Source: Eledone cirrhosa
Lineage: Eukaryota
Length of the DNA: 64,000 bases
Assembly: GCA_964016885.1 (NCBI GenBank)
Contig: OZ024742.1
Location: forward strand, 166,532,001 to 166,596,000
Direction of reading: 5' to 3'
Within the stretch, counting starts at the first letter, position 1. Every line of letters starts with the position of its first letter. The translations under genes were made by a program, and so were the position numbers. This document shows, piece by piece, positions 24,880 through 38,109 of the stretch. The notes under the pieces were generated by a model that saw only the letters and a list, made by a program, of their open reading frames with translations, had not been told where the DNA came from and did no database searches.

Positions 24880-27800
24880 AAATCAAGGGGAGATAATTTC
24901 CAGCCGTCCAAGGGGAGATAATTTTCAGCCGTCCAAGGGGAGATAATTTCCAGCCGTCCAAGGGGAGATAATTTCCATCCTTCCAAGGGGAGATAATTTC
25001 CAGCCGTCCAAGGGGAGATAATTTCCCGCCAACCAAGGGAAGATAATTTTTTAAAAAATCAGGCGGAGATTGTAAAAAAAATCAGGGGGAGATAATTTGT
25101 AAAAAAATCAGGGGGAGATAATTTGTAAAAAAAAATCAGGGGGAGATAATTTGTAAAAAAAATCAGGGGGAGATAATTTGTAAAAAAAAATCAAGGGGAG
25201 ATAATTTGTACAAAAAATCAGGGGTATATAATTTGTAAAAAAAAATCAGGGGGAGATAATTTGTAAAAAAAAATCAGGGGGAGATAATTTGTAAAAAAAA
25301 TCAAGGGAGATAATTTGCAGCCGTCCAAGGAGAGATAATTTTCAGCCGTCCAAGGAGAGGTAATTTCTAGCTGTCCAAGGTGAGATAATATCCAGCCGTC
25401 CAAGGGGAGATAATTTCCAGCCGTCCAAGGGGAGATAATTTTAAAATAAAAACAGGCGAAGATAATTTGTAAAAAAAAAATCAGGGGGAGATAATTTGTA
25501 AAAAAAAATCAGGGGGAGATAATTTGTAAAAAAAAATCAGGGGGAGGTAATTTGTAAAAAAAATCAAGGGGAGATAATTTCCAGCCGTCCAAGGGAAGAT
25601 AATTTCCAGCCCTCCAAGGGGCTATAATTTCCAGCGTCCAAGGGGAGATAATTTCCAGCCAGCGAAGGGGAGATAATTTTTTTTTTTTAAAATCAGGGGG
25701 ACATAATTTGTAAAAAAAATCAGGGGGAGATAATTTGTAAAAAAAATCAAGGGGAGATAATTTGTAAAAAAAAATCAGGGGGAGATAATTTGTAAAAAAA
25801 AATCAGGGGGAGATAATTTGTAAAAAAAATCAAGGGGAGATAATTTGTAAAAAAAAATCAAGGGGAGATAATTTCCAGCCGTCCAAGGGGAGATAATTTT
25901 CAGCCGTCCAAGGGGAGATAATTTCCCGCCAGCCAATGAAAGATAATATTTAAAAAAATCAGGCGGAGATAATTTGTAAAAAAAATCAGGGGGAGATAAT
26001 TTGTAAAAAAATCAGGGGGAGATAATTTGTAAAAAAAAAATCAGGGGGAGATAATTTGTAAAAAAAATCAGGGGGAGATAATTTGTAAAAAAAAATCAGG
26101 GGGAGATAATTTGTAAAAAAAATCAGGGGGAGATAATTTGTAAAAAAAATCAATTGGAGATAATTTCCAGCCGTCCAAGGGGAGATAATTTTCAGCCGTC
26201 CAATGAGAGGTAATTTCTAGACGTCCAAGGGGAGATAATTTCCAGCCGTCCAAGGGTAGATAATATCCAGCCGTCCAAGGAGACATATTTTCCAGCTTTC
26301 CAAGGAGAGGTAATTTCTAGCCGTCCAAGGGGAGATAAATTCCAGCCTCCAAGGGGAGATAATTTCCAGCCAGCCAAGGGGAGATAATTTGTAAAAAAAT
26401 CAGGGGGAGATAATTTGTAAAAAAAATCAGGGGGAGATAATTTGTAAAAAAAATCAGGGGGAGATAATTTGTAAAAAACATCAAGGGGAGATAATTTCCA
26501 GCCGTCCAAGGGGAGATAATTTTCAGCCGTCCAAGGGGAGATAATTTCCCGCCAGCCAAGGGAAGATAATATTTAAAAAATGAGGCGGAGATAATTTGTA
26601 AAAAAAATCAGGGGGAGATAATTTGTAAAAAAATCAGGGGGAGATAATTTGTAAAAAAAAAATCAGGGGGAGATAATTTGTAAAAAAAATCAGGGGGAGA
26701 TAATTTGTAAAAAAAAATCAGGGGTAGATAATTTGTAAAAAAAAATCAGGGGGAGATAATTTGTAAAAAAAATCAGGGGGAGATAATTTGTAAAAAAAAT
26801 CAAGGGGAGATAATTTCCAGCCGTCCAAGGGAAGATAATTTCAAGCCCTCCAAGGGGCTATAATTTCCAGTGTCCAAGGGGAGATAATTTCCAGCCAGCG
26901 AAGGGGAGATAATTTTTTTTTAAAAATCAGGGGGAGATTTGTAAAAAAAATCAGGGGGAGATAATTTGTAAAAAAAATCAAAGGGAGATAATTTCCAGCC
27001 GTCCAAAGAGAGATAATTTCTAGCCGTCCAAGGGGAGATAATTTCGAGCCAAGGGGAGATAATTTCCAGCCGTCCAAGGGGAGATAATTTTTTAAAAAAT
27101 CAGGTGGAGATAATTTGTAAAAAAAATCAGGGGGAGATAATTTGTAAAAACAAAATCAAGGGCAGATAATTTCCAGCTGTCCAAGGGGAGATAATTTCCA
27201 GCCGTGCAAGGGGAGATAATTTCCAGCCGTCCAAGGGGAGATAATTTCCATCCTTCCAAGGGGAGATAATTTCCAGCCGTCCAAGGGGAGATAATTTCCC
27301 GCCAGCCAAGGGAAGATAATTTTTTAAAAAATCAGGCGGAGATTGTAAAAAAAATCAGGGGGAGATAATTTGTAAAAAAATCAGGGGGAGATAATTTGTA
27401 AAAAAATCAAGGGGAGATAATTTCCAGCTGTCCAAGGGGAGGTAATATCTAGCCGTCCAAGGGGAGATAATTTCCAGCCGTCCAAGGGGAGATAATTTCC
27501 AGCCGTCCAAGGGTAGATAATATCCAGCCGTCCAAGGAGACATATTTTCCAGCCCTCCAAGGAGAGGTAATTTCTAGCCGTCCAAGTGGAGATAAATTCC
27601 AGCCTCCAAGGGGAGATAATTTCCAGCCAGCCAAGGGGAGATAATTTGTAAAAAAATCAGGGGGAGATAATTTGTAAAAAAAATCAGGGGGAGATAATTT
27701 GTAAAAAAAAATCAGGGGGAGATAATTTGTAAAAAAAATCAGGGGGAGATAATTTGTAAAAAAAATCAAGGGGAGATAATTTCCAGCCGTCCAAGGGGAG

Positions 27801-29220
27801 ATAATTTTCAGCCGTCCAAGGGGAGATAATTTCCCGCCAGCCAAGGGAAGATAATATTTAAAAAATGAGGCGGAGATAATTTGTAAAAAAAATCAGGGGG
27901 AGATAATTTGTAAAAAAATCAGGGGGAGATAATTTGTAAAAAAAAATCAGGGTGAGATAATTTGTAAAAAAAATTAGGGGGAGATAATTTGTAAAAAAAA
28001 ATCAGGGGTAGATAATTTGTAAAAAAAAATCAGGGGGAGATAATTTGTAAAAAAAATCAGGGGGAGATAATTTGTAAAAAAAATCAAGGGGAGATAATTT
28101 CCAGCCGTCCAAGGAGAGATAATTTAAAAAAAAAATCAGGCGGAGATAATTTGTAAAAAAAAATCAGGGGGAGATAATTTGTAAAAAAAAATCAGGGGGA
28201 GATAATTTGTAAAAAAAATCAAGGGGAGATAATTTCCAGCCGTCCAAGGGGAGATAATTTTCAGCCCTCCAAGGGGAGATAATTTCCAGCCGTCCAAGGG
28301 GAGATAATTTAAAAAAAAAAATCAGGCGGAGATAATTTGTAAAAAAAATCAAGGGGAGATAATTTGCAACCGTCCAAGGGGACATAATTTTCAGTCGTCC
28401 AAGGAGAGGTAATTTCTAGCCGTCCAAGGGGAGATAATTTCCAGCCGTCCAAGGGGAGATAATTTCCAGCCGTCCAAGGGGAGATAATTTTTTTTTAAAA
28501 ATCAGGCGGAGATAATTTGTAAAAAAAAAATCAGGGGGAGATAATTTGTAAAAAAAAATCAGGGGGAGATAATTTGTAAAAAAAAATCAGGGGGAGATAA
28601 TTTGTAAAAAAAATCAAGGGGAGATAATTTCCAGCCGTCCAAGGGAAGATAATTTCCAGCCCTCCAAGGGGCTATAATTTCCAGCGTCCAAGGGGAGATA
28701 ATTTCCAGCCAGCGAAGGGGAGATAATTGTTTTAAAAAAATCATTGGGAGATTTGTAAAAAAAATCAGGGGGAGATAATTAATAAAAAAAATCAAGGGGA
28801 GATAATTCCAGCCGTCCAAGGGGAGGTAATATCTAGCCGTCCAAGGGGAGATAATTTCCAGCCGTCCAAGGGGAGATAATTTCCAGCCGTCCAAGGGTAG
28901 ATAATATCCAGCCGTCCAAGGAGACATATTTTCCAGCCGTCCAAGGAGAGGTAATTTCTAGCCGTCCAAGGGGAGATAAATTCCAGCCTCCAAGGGGAGA
29001 TAATTTCCAGCCAGCCAAGGGGAGATAATTTGTAAAAAAATCAGGGGGAGATAATTTGTAAAAAAAGTCAGGGGTAGATAATTTGTAAAAAAAAATCAGG
29101 GGGAGATAATTTGTAAAAAAAAATCAGGGGGAGATAATTTGTAAAAAAAATCAAGGGGAGATAATTTCCAGCCGTCCAAGGAGAGATAATTTTTAAAAAA
29201 AAATCAGGCGGAGATAATTT
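24880..29220 (+). repeat. ~4.3-kb more diverged mosaic copy of ~1-800 joined to ~2000-5500
   Basis: ORF offsets: 2586/26192, 2711/26317 (23606); 3520/27127, 3842/27449 (23607); 4850/28559 (23709). Marker gtacaaaaaatcaggggtatat at ~269 and ~25208; caatgaaaga at ~2303 and ~25934. Confidence 0.8.
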
Positions 29221-31316
29221 GTAAAAAAAAATCAGGGGGAGATAATTTGTAAAAAAAAATAAGGGGGAGATAATTTGTAAAAAAAATCAAGGGGAGATAA
29301 TTTCCAGCCGTCCAAGGGGAGATAATTTCCAGCCGTCCAAGGGGAGATAAATTTTTTAAAAAAATCAGGCGGAGATAATTTGTAAAAAAAATCAGGGGGA
29401 GATAATTTGTAAAAAAAAATCAAGGGGAGATAATTTGTAAAAAAAATCAGGGGGAGATAATTTCCAGCCGTCCAAGGTAAGATAATTTCCAGCCCTCCAA
29501 GGGGCTATAATTTCCAGCATCCAAGGGGAGATAATTTCCAGCCGTCCAAGGGTAGATAATATCCAGCCGTCCAAGTAGACATATTTTCCAGCCGTCCAAG
29601 GAGAGGTAATTTCTAGCCGTCCAAGGGGAGATAAATTCCAGCCTCCAAGGGGAGATAATTTCCAGCCAGCCAAGGGGAGATAATTTGTAAAAAAATCAGG
29701 GGGAGATAATTTGTAAAAAAAATCAGGGAGATAATTTGTAAAAAAAAATCAGGGGGAGATAATTTGTAAAAAAAAATCAGCGGGAGATAATTTCCAGCCG
29801 TCCAAGGGGAGATAATTTTCAGCCGTCCAAGGGTAGATAATATCCAGCCGTCCAAGTAGACATTTTCCAGCCGTCCAAGGAGAGGTAATTTCTAGCCGTC
29901 CAAGGGGAGATAAATTCCAGCCTCCAAGGGGAGATAATTTCCAGCCAGCCAAGGGGAGATAATTTGTAAAAAAATCAGGGGGAGATAATTTGTAAAAAAA
30001 ATCAGGGGGAGATAATTTGTAAAAAAAAATCAGGGGGAGATAATTTGTAAAAAAAAAATCAGGGGGAGATAATTTGTAAAAAAAAATCAGGGGGAGATAA
30101 TTTGTAAAAAAAATCAAGGGGAGATAATTTCCAGCCGTCCAAGGGGAGATAATTTTCAGCCGTCCAAGGGGAGATAATTTCCAGACGTCCAAGGGGAGAT
30201 AATTTCCATCCTTCCAAGGGGAGATAATTTCCAGCCTTCCAAGGGGAGATAATTTTCAGCCGTCCAAGGGGAGATAATTTCCCGCCAGCCAAGGGAAGAT
30301 AATATTTTAAAAAATCAGGCGGAGATAATTTGTAAAAAAATCAGGGGGAGATAATTTGTAAAAAAAAAATCAGGGGGAGATAATTTGTAAAAAAAATCAG
30401 GGGGAGATAATTTGTAAAAAAAAATCAGGGGTAGATAATTTGTAAAAAAAAATCAGGGGGAGATAATTTGTAAAAAAAAAATCAGGGGGAGATAATTTGT
30501 AAAAAAAATCAAGGGGAGATAATTTCCAGCCGTCCAAGGAGAGATAATTTTTAAAAAAAATCAGGCGGAGATAATTTGTAAAAAAAAATCAAGGGGAGAT
30601 AATTTGTAAAAAAAAATCAGGGGGAGATAATTTGTAAAAAAATCAAGGGGAGATAATTTCCAGCCGTCCAAGGGAAGATAATTTCCAGCACTCCAAGGGG
30701 CTATAATTTCCAGTGTCCAAGGGGAGATAATTTCCAGCCAGCGAAGGGGAGATAATTTTTTTAAAAAAATCAGGGGGAGATATGTAAAAAAAATCAGAGG
30801 GAGATAATTTCTAAAAAAAATCAAAGGGAGATAATTTCCAGCCGTCCAAAGAGAGATAATTTCTAGCCGTCCAAGGGGAGATAATTTCCAGCCAAGGGGA
30901 GATAATTTCCAGCCGTCCAAGGGAAGATAATTATTTAAAAAATCAGGTGGAGATAATTTGTAAAAAAAATCAGGGGGAGATAATTTGTAAAAACAAAATC
31001 AAGGGCAGATAATTTCCAGCTGTCCAAGGGGAGATAATTTCCAGCCGTGCAAGGGGAGATAATTTCCAGCCGTCCAAGGGGAGATAATTTCCATCCTTCC
31101 AAGGGGAGATAATCTCCAGCCGTCCAAGGGGAGATAATTTCCCGCCAGCCAAGGGAAGATAATTTTTAAAAAAATCAGGCGGAGATTGTAAAAAAAATCA
31201 GGGGGAGATAATTTGTAAAAAAATCAGGGGGAGATAATTTGTAAAAAAAAAATCAGGGGAGATAATTTGTAAAAAAAAATCAGGGGGAGATAATTTGTAA
31301 AAAAAAAATCAGGGGG
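26726..31316 (+). repeat. 4,591-bp tandem duplication, unit 1
   Basis: Every ORF from 26841 to 30970 recurs with identical translation exactly 4591 bp downstream (31432 to 35561). The upstream match breaks at 26725 (T versus G). Confidence 0.95.
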
Positions 31317-34300
31317 AGATAATTTGTAAAAAAAAATCAGGGGGAGATAATTTGTAAAAAAAATCAGGGGGAGATAATTTGTAAAAAAAATCAAGGGGAG
31401 ATAATTTCCAGCCGTCCAAGGGAAGATAATTTCAAGCCCTCCAAGGGGCTATAATTTCCAGTGTCCAAGGGGAGATAATTTCCAGCCAGCGAAGGGGAGA
31501 TAATTTTTTTTTAAAAATCAGGGGGAGATTTGTAAAAAAAATCAGGGGGAGATAATTTGTAAAAAAAATCAAAGGGAGATAATTTCCAGCCGTCCAAAGA
31601 GAGATAATTTCTAGCCGTCCAAGGGGAGATAATTTCGAGCCAAGGGGAGATAATTTCCAGCCGTCCAAGGGGAGATAATTTTTTAAAAAATCAGGTGGAG
31701 ATAATTTGTAAAAAAAATCAGGGGGAGATAATTTGTAAAAACAAAATCAAGGGCAGATAATTTCCAGCTGTCCAAGGGGAGATAATTTCCAGCCGTGCAA
31801 GGGGAGATAATTTCCAGCCGTCCAAGGGGAGATAATTTCCATCCTTCCAAGGGGAGATAATTTCCAGCCGTCCAAGGGGAGATAATTTCCCGCCAGCCAA
31901 GGGAAGATAATTTTTTAAAAAATCAGGCGGAGATTGTAAAAAAAATCAGGGGGAGATAATTTGTAAAAAAATCAGGGGGAGATAATTTGTAAAAAAATCA
32001 AGGGGAGATAATTTCCAGCTGTCCAAGGGGAGGTAATATCTAGCCGTCCAAGGGGAGATAATTTCCAGCCGTCCAAGGGGAGATAATTTCCAGCCGTCCA
32101 AGGGTAGATAATATCCAGCCGTCCAAGGAGACATATTTTCCAGCCCTCCAAGGAGAGGTAATTTCTAGCCGTCCAAGTGGAGATAAATTCCAGCCTCCAA
32201 GGGGAGATAATTTCCAGCCAGCCAAGGGGAGATAATTTGTAAAAAAATCAGGGGGAGATAATTTGTAAAAAAAATCAGGGGGAGATAATTTGTAAAAAAA
32301 AATCAGGGGGAGATAATTTGTAAAAAAAATCAGGGGGAGATAATTTGTAAAAAAAATCAAGGGGAGATAATTTCCAGCCGTCCAAGGGGAGATAATTTTC
32401 AGCCGTCCAAGGGGAGATAATTTCCCGCCAGCCAAGGGAAGATAATATTTAAAAAATGAGGCGGAGATAATTTGTAAAAAAAATCAGGGGGAGATAATTT
32501 GTAAAAAAATCAGGGGGAGATAATTTGTAAAAAAAAATCAGGGTGAGATAATTTGTAAAAAAAATTAGGGGGAGATAATTTGTAAAAAAAAATCAGGGGT
32601 AGATAATTTGTAAAAAAAAATCAGGGGGAGATAATTTGTAAAAAAAATCAGGGGGAGATAATTTGTAAAAAAAATCAAGGGGAGATAATTTCCAGCCGTC
32701 CAAGGAGAGATAATTTAAAAAAAAAATCAGGCGGAGATAATTTGTAAAAAAAAATCAGGGGGAGATAATTTGTAAAAAAAAATCAGGGGGAGATAATTTG
32801 TAAAAAAAATCAAGGGGAGATAATTTCCAGCCGTCCAAGGGGAGATAATTTTCAGCCCTCCAAGGGGAGATAATTTCCAGCCGTCCAAGGGGAGATAATT
32901 TAAAAAAAAAAATCAGGCGGAGATAATTTGTAAAAAAAATCAAGGGGAGATAATTTGCAACCGTCCAAGGGGACATAATTTTCAGTCGTCCAAGGAGAGG
33001 TAATTTCTAGCCGTCCAAGGGGAGATAATTTCCAGCCGTCCAAGGGGAGATAATTTCCAGCCGTCCAAGGGGAGATAATTTTTTTTTAAAAATCAGGCGG
33101 AGATAATTTGTAAAAAAAAAATCAGGGGGAGATAATTTGTAAAAAAAAATCAGGGGGAGATAATTTGTAAAAAAAAATCAGGGGGAGATAATTTGTAAAA
33201 AAAATCAAGGGGAGATAATTTCCAGCCGTCCAAGGGAAGATAATTTCCAGCCCTCCAAGGGGCTATAATTTCCAGCGTCCAAGGGGAGATAATTTCCAGC
33301 CAGCGAAGGGGAGATAATTGTTTTAAAAAAATCATTGGGAGATTTGTAAAAAAAATCAGGGGGAGATAATTAATAAAAAAAATCAAGGGGAGATAATTCC
33401 AGCCGTCCAAGGGGAGGTAATATCTAGCCGTCCAAGGGGAGATAATTTCCAGCCGTCCAAGGGGAGATAATTTCCAGCCGTCCAAGGGTAGATAATATCC
33501 AGCCGTCCAAGGAGACATATTTTCCAGCCGTCCAAGGAGAGGTAATTTCTAGCCGTCCAAGGGGAGATAAATTCCAGCCTCCAAGGGGAGATAATTTCCA
33601 GCCAGCCAAGGGGAGATAATTTGTAAAAAAATCAGGGGGAGATAATTTGTAAAAAAAGTCAGGGGTAGATAATTTGTAAAAAAAAATCAGGGGGAGATAA
33701 TTTGTAAAAAAAAATCAGGGGGAGATAATTTGTAAAAAAAATCAAGGGGAGATAATTTCCAGCCGTCCAAGGAGAGATAATTTTTAAAAAAAAATCAGGC
33801 GGAGATAATTTGTAAAAAAAAATCAGGGGGAGATAATTTGTAAAAAAAAATAAGGGGGAGATAATTTGTAAAAAAAATCAAGGGGAGATAATTTCCAGCC
33901 GTCCAAGGGGAGATAATTTCCAGCCGTCCAAGGGGAGATAAATTTTTTAAAAAAATCAGGCGGAGATAATTTGTAAAAAAAATCAGGGGGAGATAATTTG
34001 TAAAAAAAAATCAAGGGGAGATAATTTGTAAAAAAAATCAGGGGGAGATAATTTCCAGCCGTCCAAGGTAAGATAATTTCCAGCCCTCCAAGGGGCTATA
34101 ATTTCCAGCATCCAAGGGGAGATAATTTCCAGCCGTCCAAGGGTAGATAATATCCAGCCGTCCAAGTAGACATATTTTCCAGCCGTCCAAGGAGAGGTAA
34201 TTTCTAGCCGTCCAAGGGGAGATAAATTCCAGCCTCCAAGGGGAGATAATTTCCAGCCAGCCAAGGGGAGATAATTTGTAAAAAAATCAGGGGGAGATAA

Positions 34301-35907
34301 TTTGTAAAAAAAATCAGGGAGATAATTTGTAAAAAAAAATCAGGGGGAGATAATTTGTAAAAAAAAATCAGCGGGAGATAATTTCCAGCCGTCCAAGGGG
34401 AGATAATTTTCAGCCGTCCAAGGGTAGATAATATCCAGCCGTCCAAGTAGACATTTTCCAGCCGTCCAAGGAGAGGTAATTTCTAGCCGTCCAAGGGGAG
34501 ATAAATTCCAGCCTCCAAGGGGAGATAATTTCCAGCCAGCCAAGGGGAGATAATTTGTAAAAAAATCAGGGGGAGATAATTTGTAAAAAAAATCAGGGGG
34601 AGATAATTTGTAAAAAAAAATCAGGGGGAGATAATTTGTAAAAAAAAAATCAGGGGGAGATAATTTGTAAAAAAAAATCAGGGGGAGATAATTTGTAAAA
34701 AAAATCAAGGGGAGATAATTTCCAGCCGTCCAAGGGGAGATAATTTTCAGCCGTCCAAGGGGAGATAATTTCCAGACGTCCAAGGGGAGATAATTTCCAT
34801 CCTTCCAAGGGGAGATAATTTCCAGCCTTCCAAGGGGAGATAATTTTCAGCCGTCCAAGGGGAGATAATTTCCCGCCAGCCAAGGGAAGATAATATTTTA
34901 AAAAATCAGGCGGAGATAATTTGTAAAAAAATCAGGGGGAGATAATTTGTAAAAAAAAAATCAGGGGGAGATAATTTGTAAAAAAAATCAGGGGGAGATA
35001 ATTTGTAAAAAAAAATCAGGGGTAGATAATTTGTAAAAAAAAATCAGGGGGAGATAATTTGTAAAAAAAAAATCAGGGGGAGATAATTTGTAAAAAAAAT
35101 CAAGGGGAGATAATTTCCAGCCGTCCAAGGAGAGATAATTTTTAAAAAAAATCAGGCGGAGATAATTTGTAAAAAAAAATCAAGGGGAGATAATTTGTAA
35201 AAAAAAATCAGGGGGAGATAATTTGTAAAAAAATCAAGGGGAGATAATTTCCAGCCGTCCAAGGGAAGATAATTTCCAGCACTCCAAGGGGCTATAATTT
35301 CCAGTGTCCAAGGGGAGATAATTTCCAGCCAGCGAAGGGGAGATAATTTTTTTAAAAAAATCAGGGGGAGATATGTAAAAAAAATCAGAGGGAGATAATT
35401 TCTAAAAAAAATCAAAGGGAGATAATTTCCAGCCGTCCAAAGAGAGATAATTTCTAGCCGTCCAAGGGGAGATAATTTCCAGCCAAGGGGAGATAATTTC
35501 CAGCCGTCCAAGGGAAGATAATTATTTAAAAAATCAGGTGGAGATAATTTGTAAAAAAAATCAGGGGGAGATAATTTGTAAAAACAAAATCAAGGGCAGA
35601 TAATTTCCAGCTGTCCAAGGGGAGATAATTTCCAGCCGTGCAAGGGGAGATAATTTCCAGCCGTCCAAGGGGAGATAATTTCCATCCTTCCAAGGGGAGA
35701 TAATCTCCAGCCGTCCAAGGGGAGATAATTTCCCGCCAGCCAAGGGAAGATAATTTTTAAAAAAATCAGGCGGAGATTGTAAAAAAAATCAGGGGGAGAT
35801 AATTTGTAAAAAAATCAGGGGGAGATAATTTGTAAAAAAAAAATCAGGGGAGATAATTTGTAAAAAAAAATCAGGGGGAGATAATTTGTAAAAAAAAAAT
35901 CAGGGGG
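31317..35907 (+). repeat. 4,591-bp tandem duplication, unit 2
   Basis: Constant 4591 offset. Private variants are shared (ccagcatcc 29515/34106, cagcggga 29778/34369, ccagacgtcc 30181/34772). Identity runs out at about 35925 (A8 versus A9 tract). Confidence 0.95.
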
Positions 35908-38109
35908 AGATAATTTGTAAAAAAAATCAGGGGTAGATAATTTGTAAAAAAAATCAGGGGGAGATAATTTGTAAAAAAAAATCAGTGGGAGATAATTTGT
36001 AAAAAAATCAAGGGGAGATAATATGCAGCCGTCCAAGGGGAGATAACTTTCAGCCTTCCAAGGAGAGTTAATTTCTAGCCGTCCAAGGGGAGATAATTTC
36101 CAGCCGTCCAAGGGGAGATAATTTCCAGCCGTCCAAGGGGAGATAGTTTTTTTAAAAAAATCAGGCGGAGATAATTTGTAAAAAAAAAATCAGGGGGAGA
36201 TAATTTGTAAAAAAAAATCAGGGGGAGATAATTTGTAAAAAAAAATCAAGGGGAGATAATTTGTAAAAAAAATCAGGGGGAGATAATTAGTAAAAAAATC
36301 AAGGGGAGATAATTTCCAGCCGTCCAAGGGGAGGTAATATCTAGCCGTCCAAGGGGAGATAATTTCCAGCCGTCCAAGGGGAGATAATTTCCAGCCGTCC
36401 AAGGGTAGATAATATCCAGCCGTCCAAGTAGACATATTTTCCAGCCGTCCAAGGAGAGGTAATTTCTAGCCGTCCAAGGGGAGATAAATTCCAGCCTCCA
36501 AGGGGAGATAATTTCCAGCCAGCCAAGGGGAGATAATTTGTAAAAAAATCAGGGGGAGATAATTTGTAAAAAAAATCAGGGGGAGATAATTTGTAAAAAA
36601 AAATCAGGGGGAGATAATTTGTAAAAAAAAATCAGGGGGAGATAATTTGTAAAAAAAAATCAGGGGGAGATAATTTGTAAAAAAAATCAAGGGGAGATAA
36701 TTTCCAGCCGTCCAAGGGGAGATAATTTCCAGCCGTCCAAGGGGAGGTAATATCTAGCCGTCCAAGGGGAGATAATTTCCAGCCGTCCAAGAGGAGATAA
36801 TTTCCAGCCGTCCAAGGGAAGATAATTTCAAGCCCTCCAAGGGGCTATAATTTCCAGTGTCCAAGGGGAGATAATTTCCAGCCAGCGAAGGGGAGATAAT
36901 TTTTTTTTAAAAATCAGGGGGAGATTTGTAAAAAAAATCAGGGGGAGATAATATGTAAAAAAAATCAAGGGGAGATAATTTCCAGCCGTCGAAGGGAAGA
37001 TAATTTCCAGCCCTCCAAGGGGCTATAATTTCCAGCGTCCAAGGGGAGATAATTTCCAGCCAGCGAAGGGGAGATAATTTTTTTAAAAAAATCATTGGGA
37101 GATTTGTAAAAAAAATCAGGGAGAGATAATTTGTAAAAAAAATCAAGGGGAGATAATTTCCAGCCGTCCAAGGGGAGGTAATATCTAGCCGTCCAAGGGG
37201 AGATAATTTCCAGCCGTCAAAGGGGAGATAATTTCCAGCCGTCCAAGGGTAGATAATATCCAGCCGTCCAAGTAGACATTTTCCAGCCGTCCAAGGAGAG
37301 GTAATTTCTAGCCGTCCAAGGGGAGATAAATTCCAGCCTCCAAGGGGAGATAATTTCCAGCCAGCCAAGGGGAGATAATTTGTAAAAAAATCAGGGGGAG
37401 ATAATTTGTAAAAAAAATCAGGGGGAGATAATTTGTAAAAAAAATCAGGGGGAGATAATTTGTAAAAAAAAATCAGGGGGAGATAATTTGTAAAAAAAAT
37501 CAAGGGGAGATAATTTGCAGCCGTCCAAGGGGAGATAATTTTCAGCCGTCCAAGGAGAGGTAATTTCTAGCCGTCCAAGGTGAGATAATATCCAGCCGTC
37601 CAAGGGGAGATAATTTCCAGCCGTACAAGGGGAGATAATTTTAAAAAAAAAACAGGCGAAGATAATTTGTAAAAAAAAAATCAGGGGGAGATAATTTGTA
37701 AAAAAAAATCAGGGGGAGATAATTTGTAAAAAAAAATCAGGGGGAGATAATTTGTAAAAAAAATCAAGGGGAGATAATTTCCAGCCGTCCAAGGGGAGAT
37801 AATTTCCAGCCGTCCAAGGGGAGATAATTTTTTTAAAAAAATCAGGCGGAGATAATTTGTAAAAAAAATCAGGGGGAGGTAAAAAAAAATCAGGGGGAGA
37901 TAATTTGTAAAAAAAAATCAGGGGGAGATAATTTTTTAAAAAAAAATCAGGGGGAGATAATTTGTAAAAAAAAAATCAGGGGGAGATAATTTGTAAAAAA
38001 AATCAGGGGGAGATAATTTGTAAAAAAAAATCAGGGGTAGATAATTTGTAAAAAAAAATCAGGGGGAGATAATTTGTAAAAAAAATCAGGGGGAGATAAT
38101 TTGTAAAAA

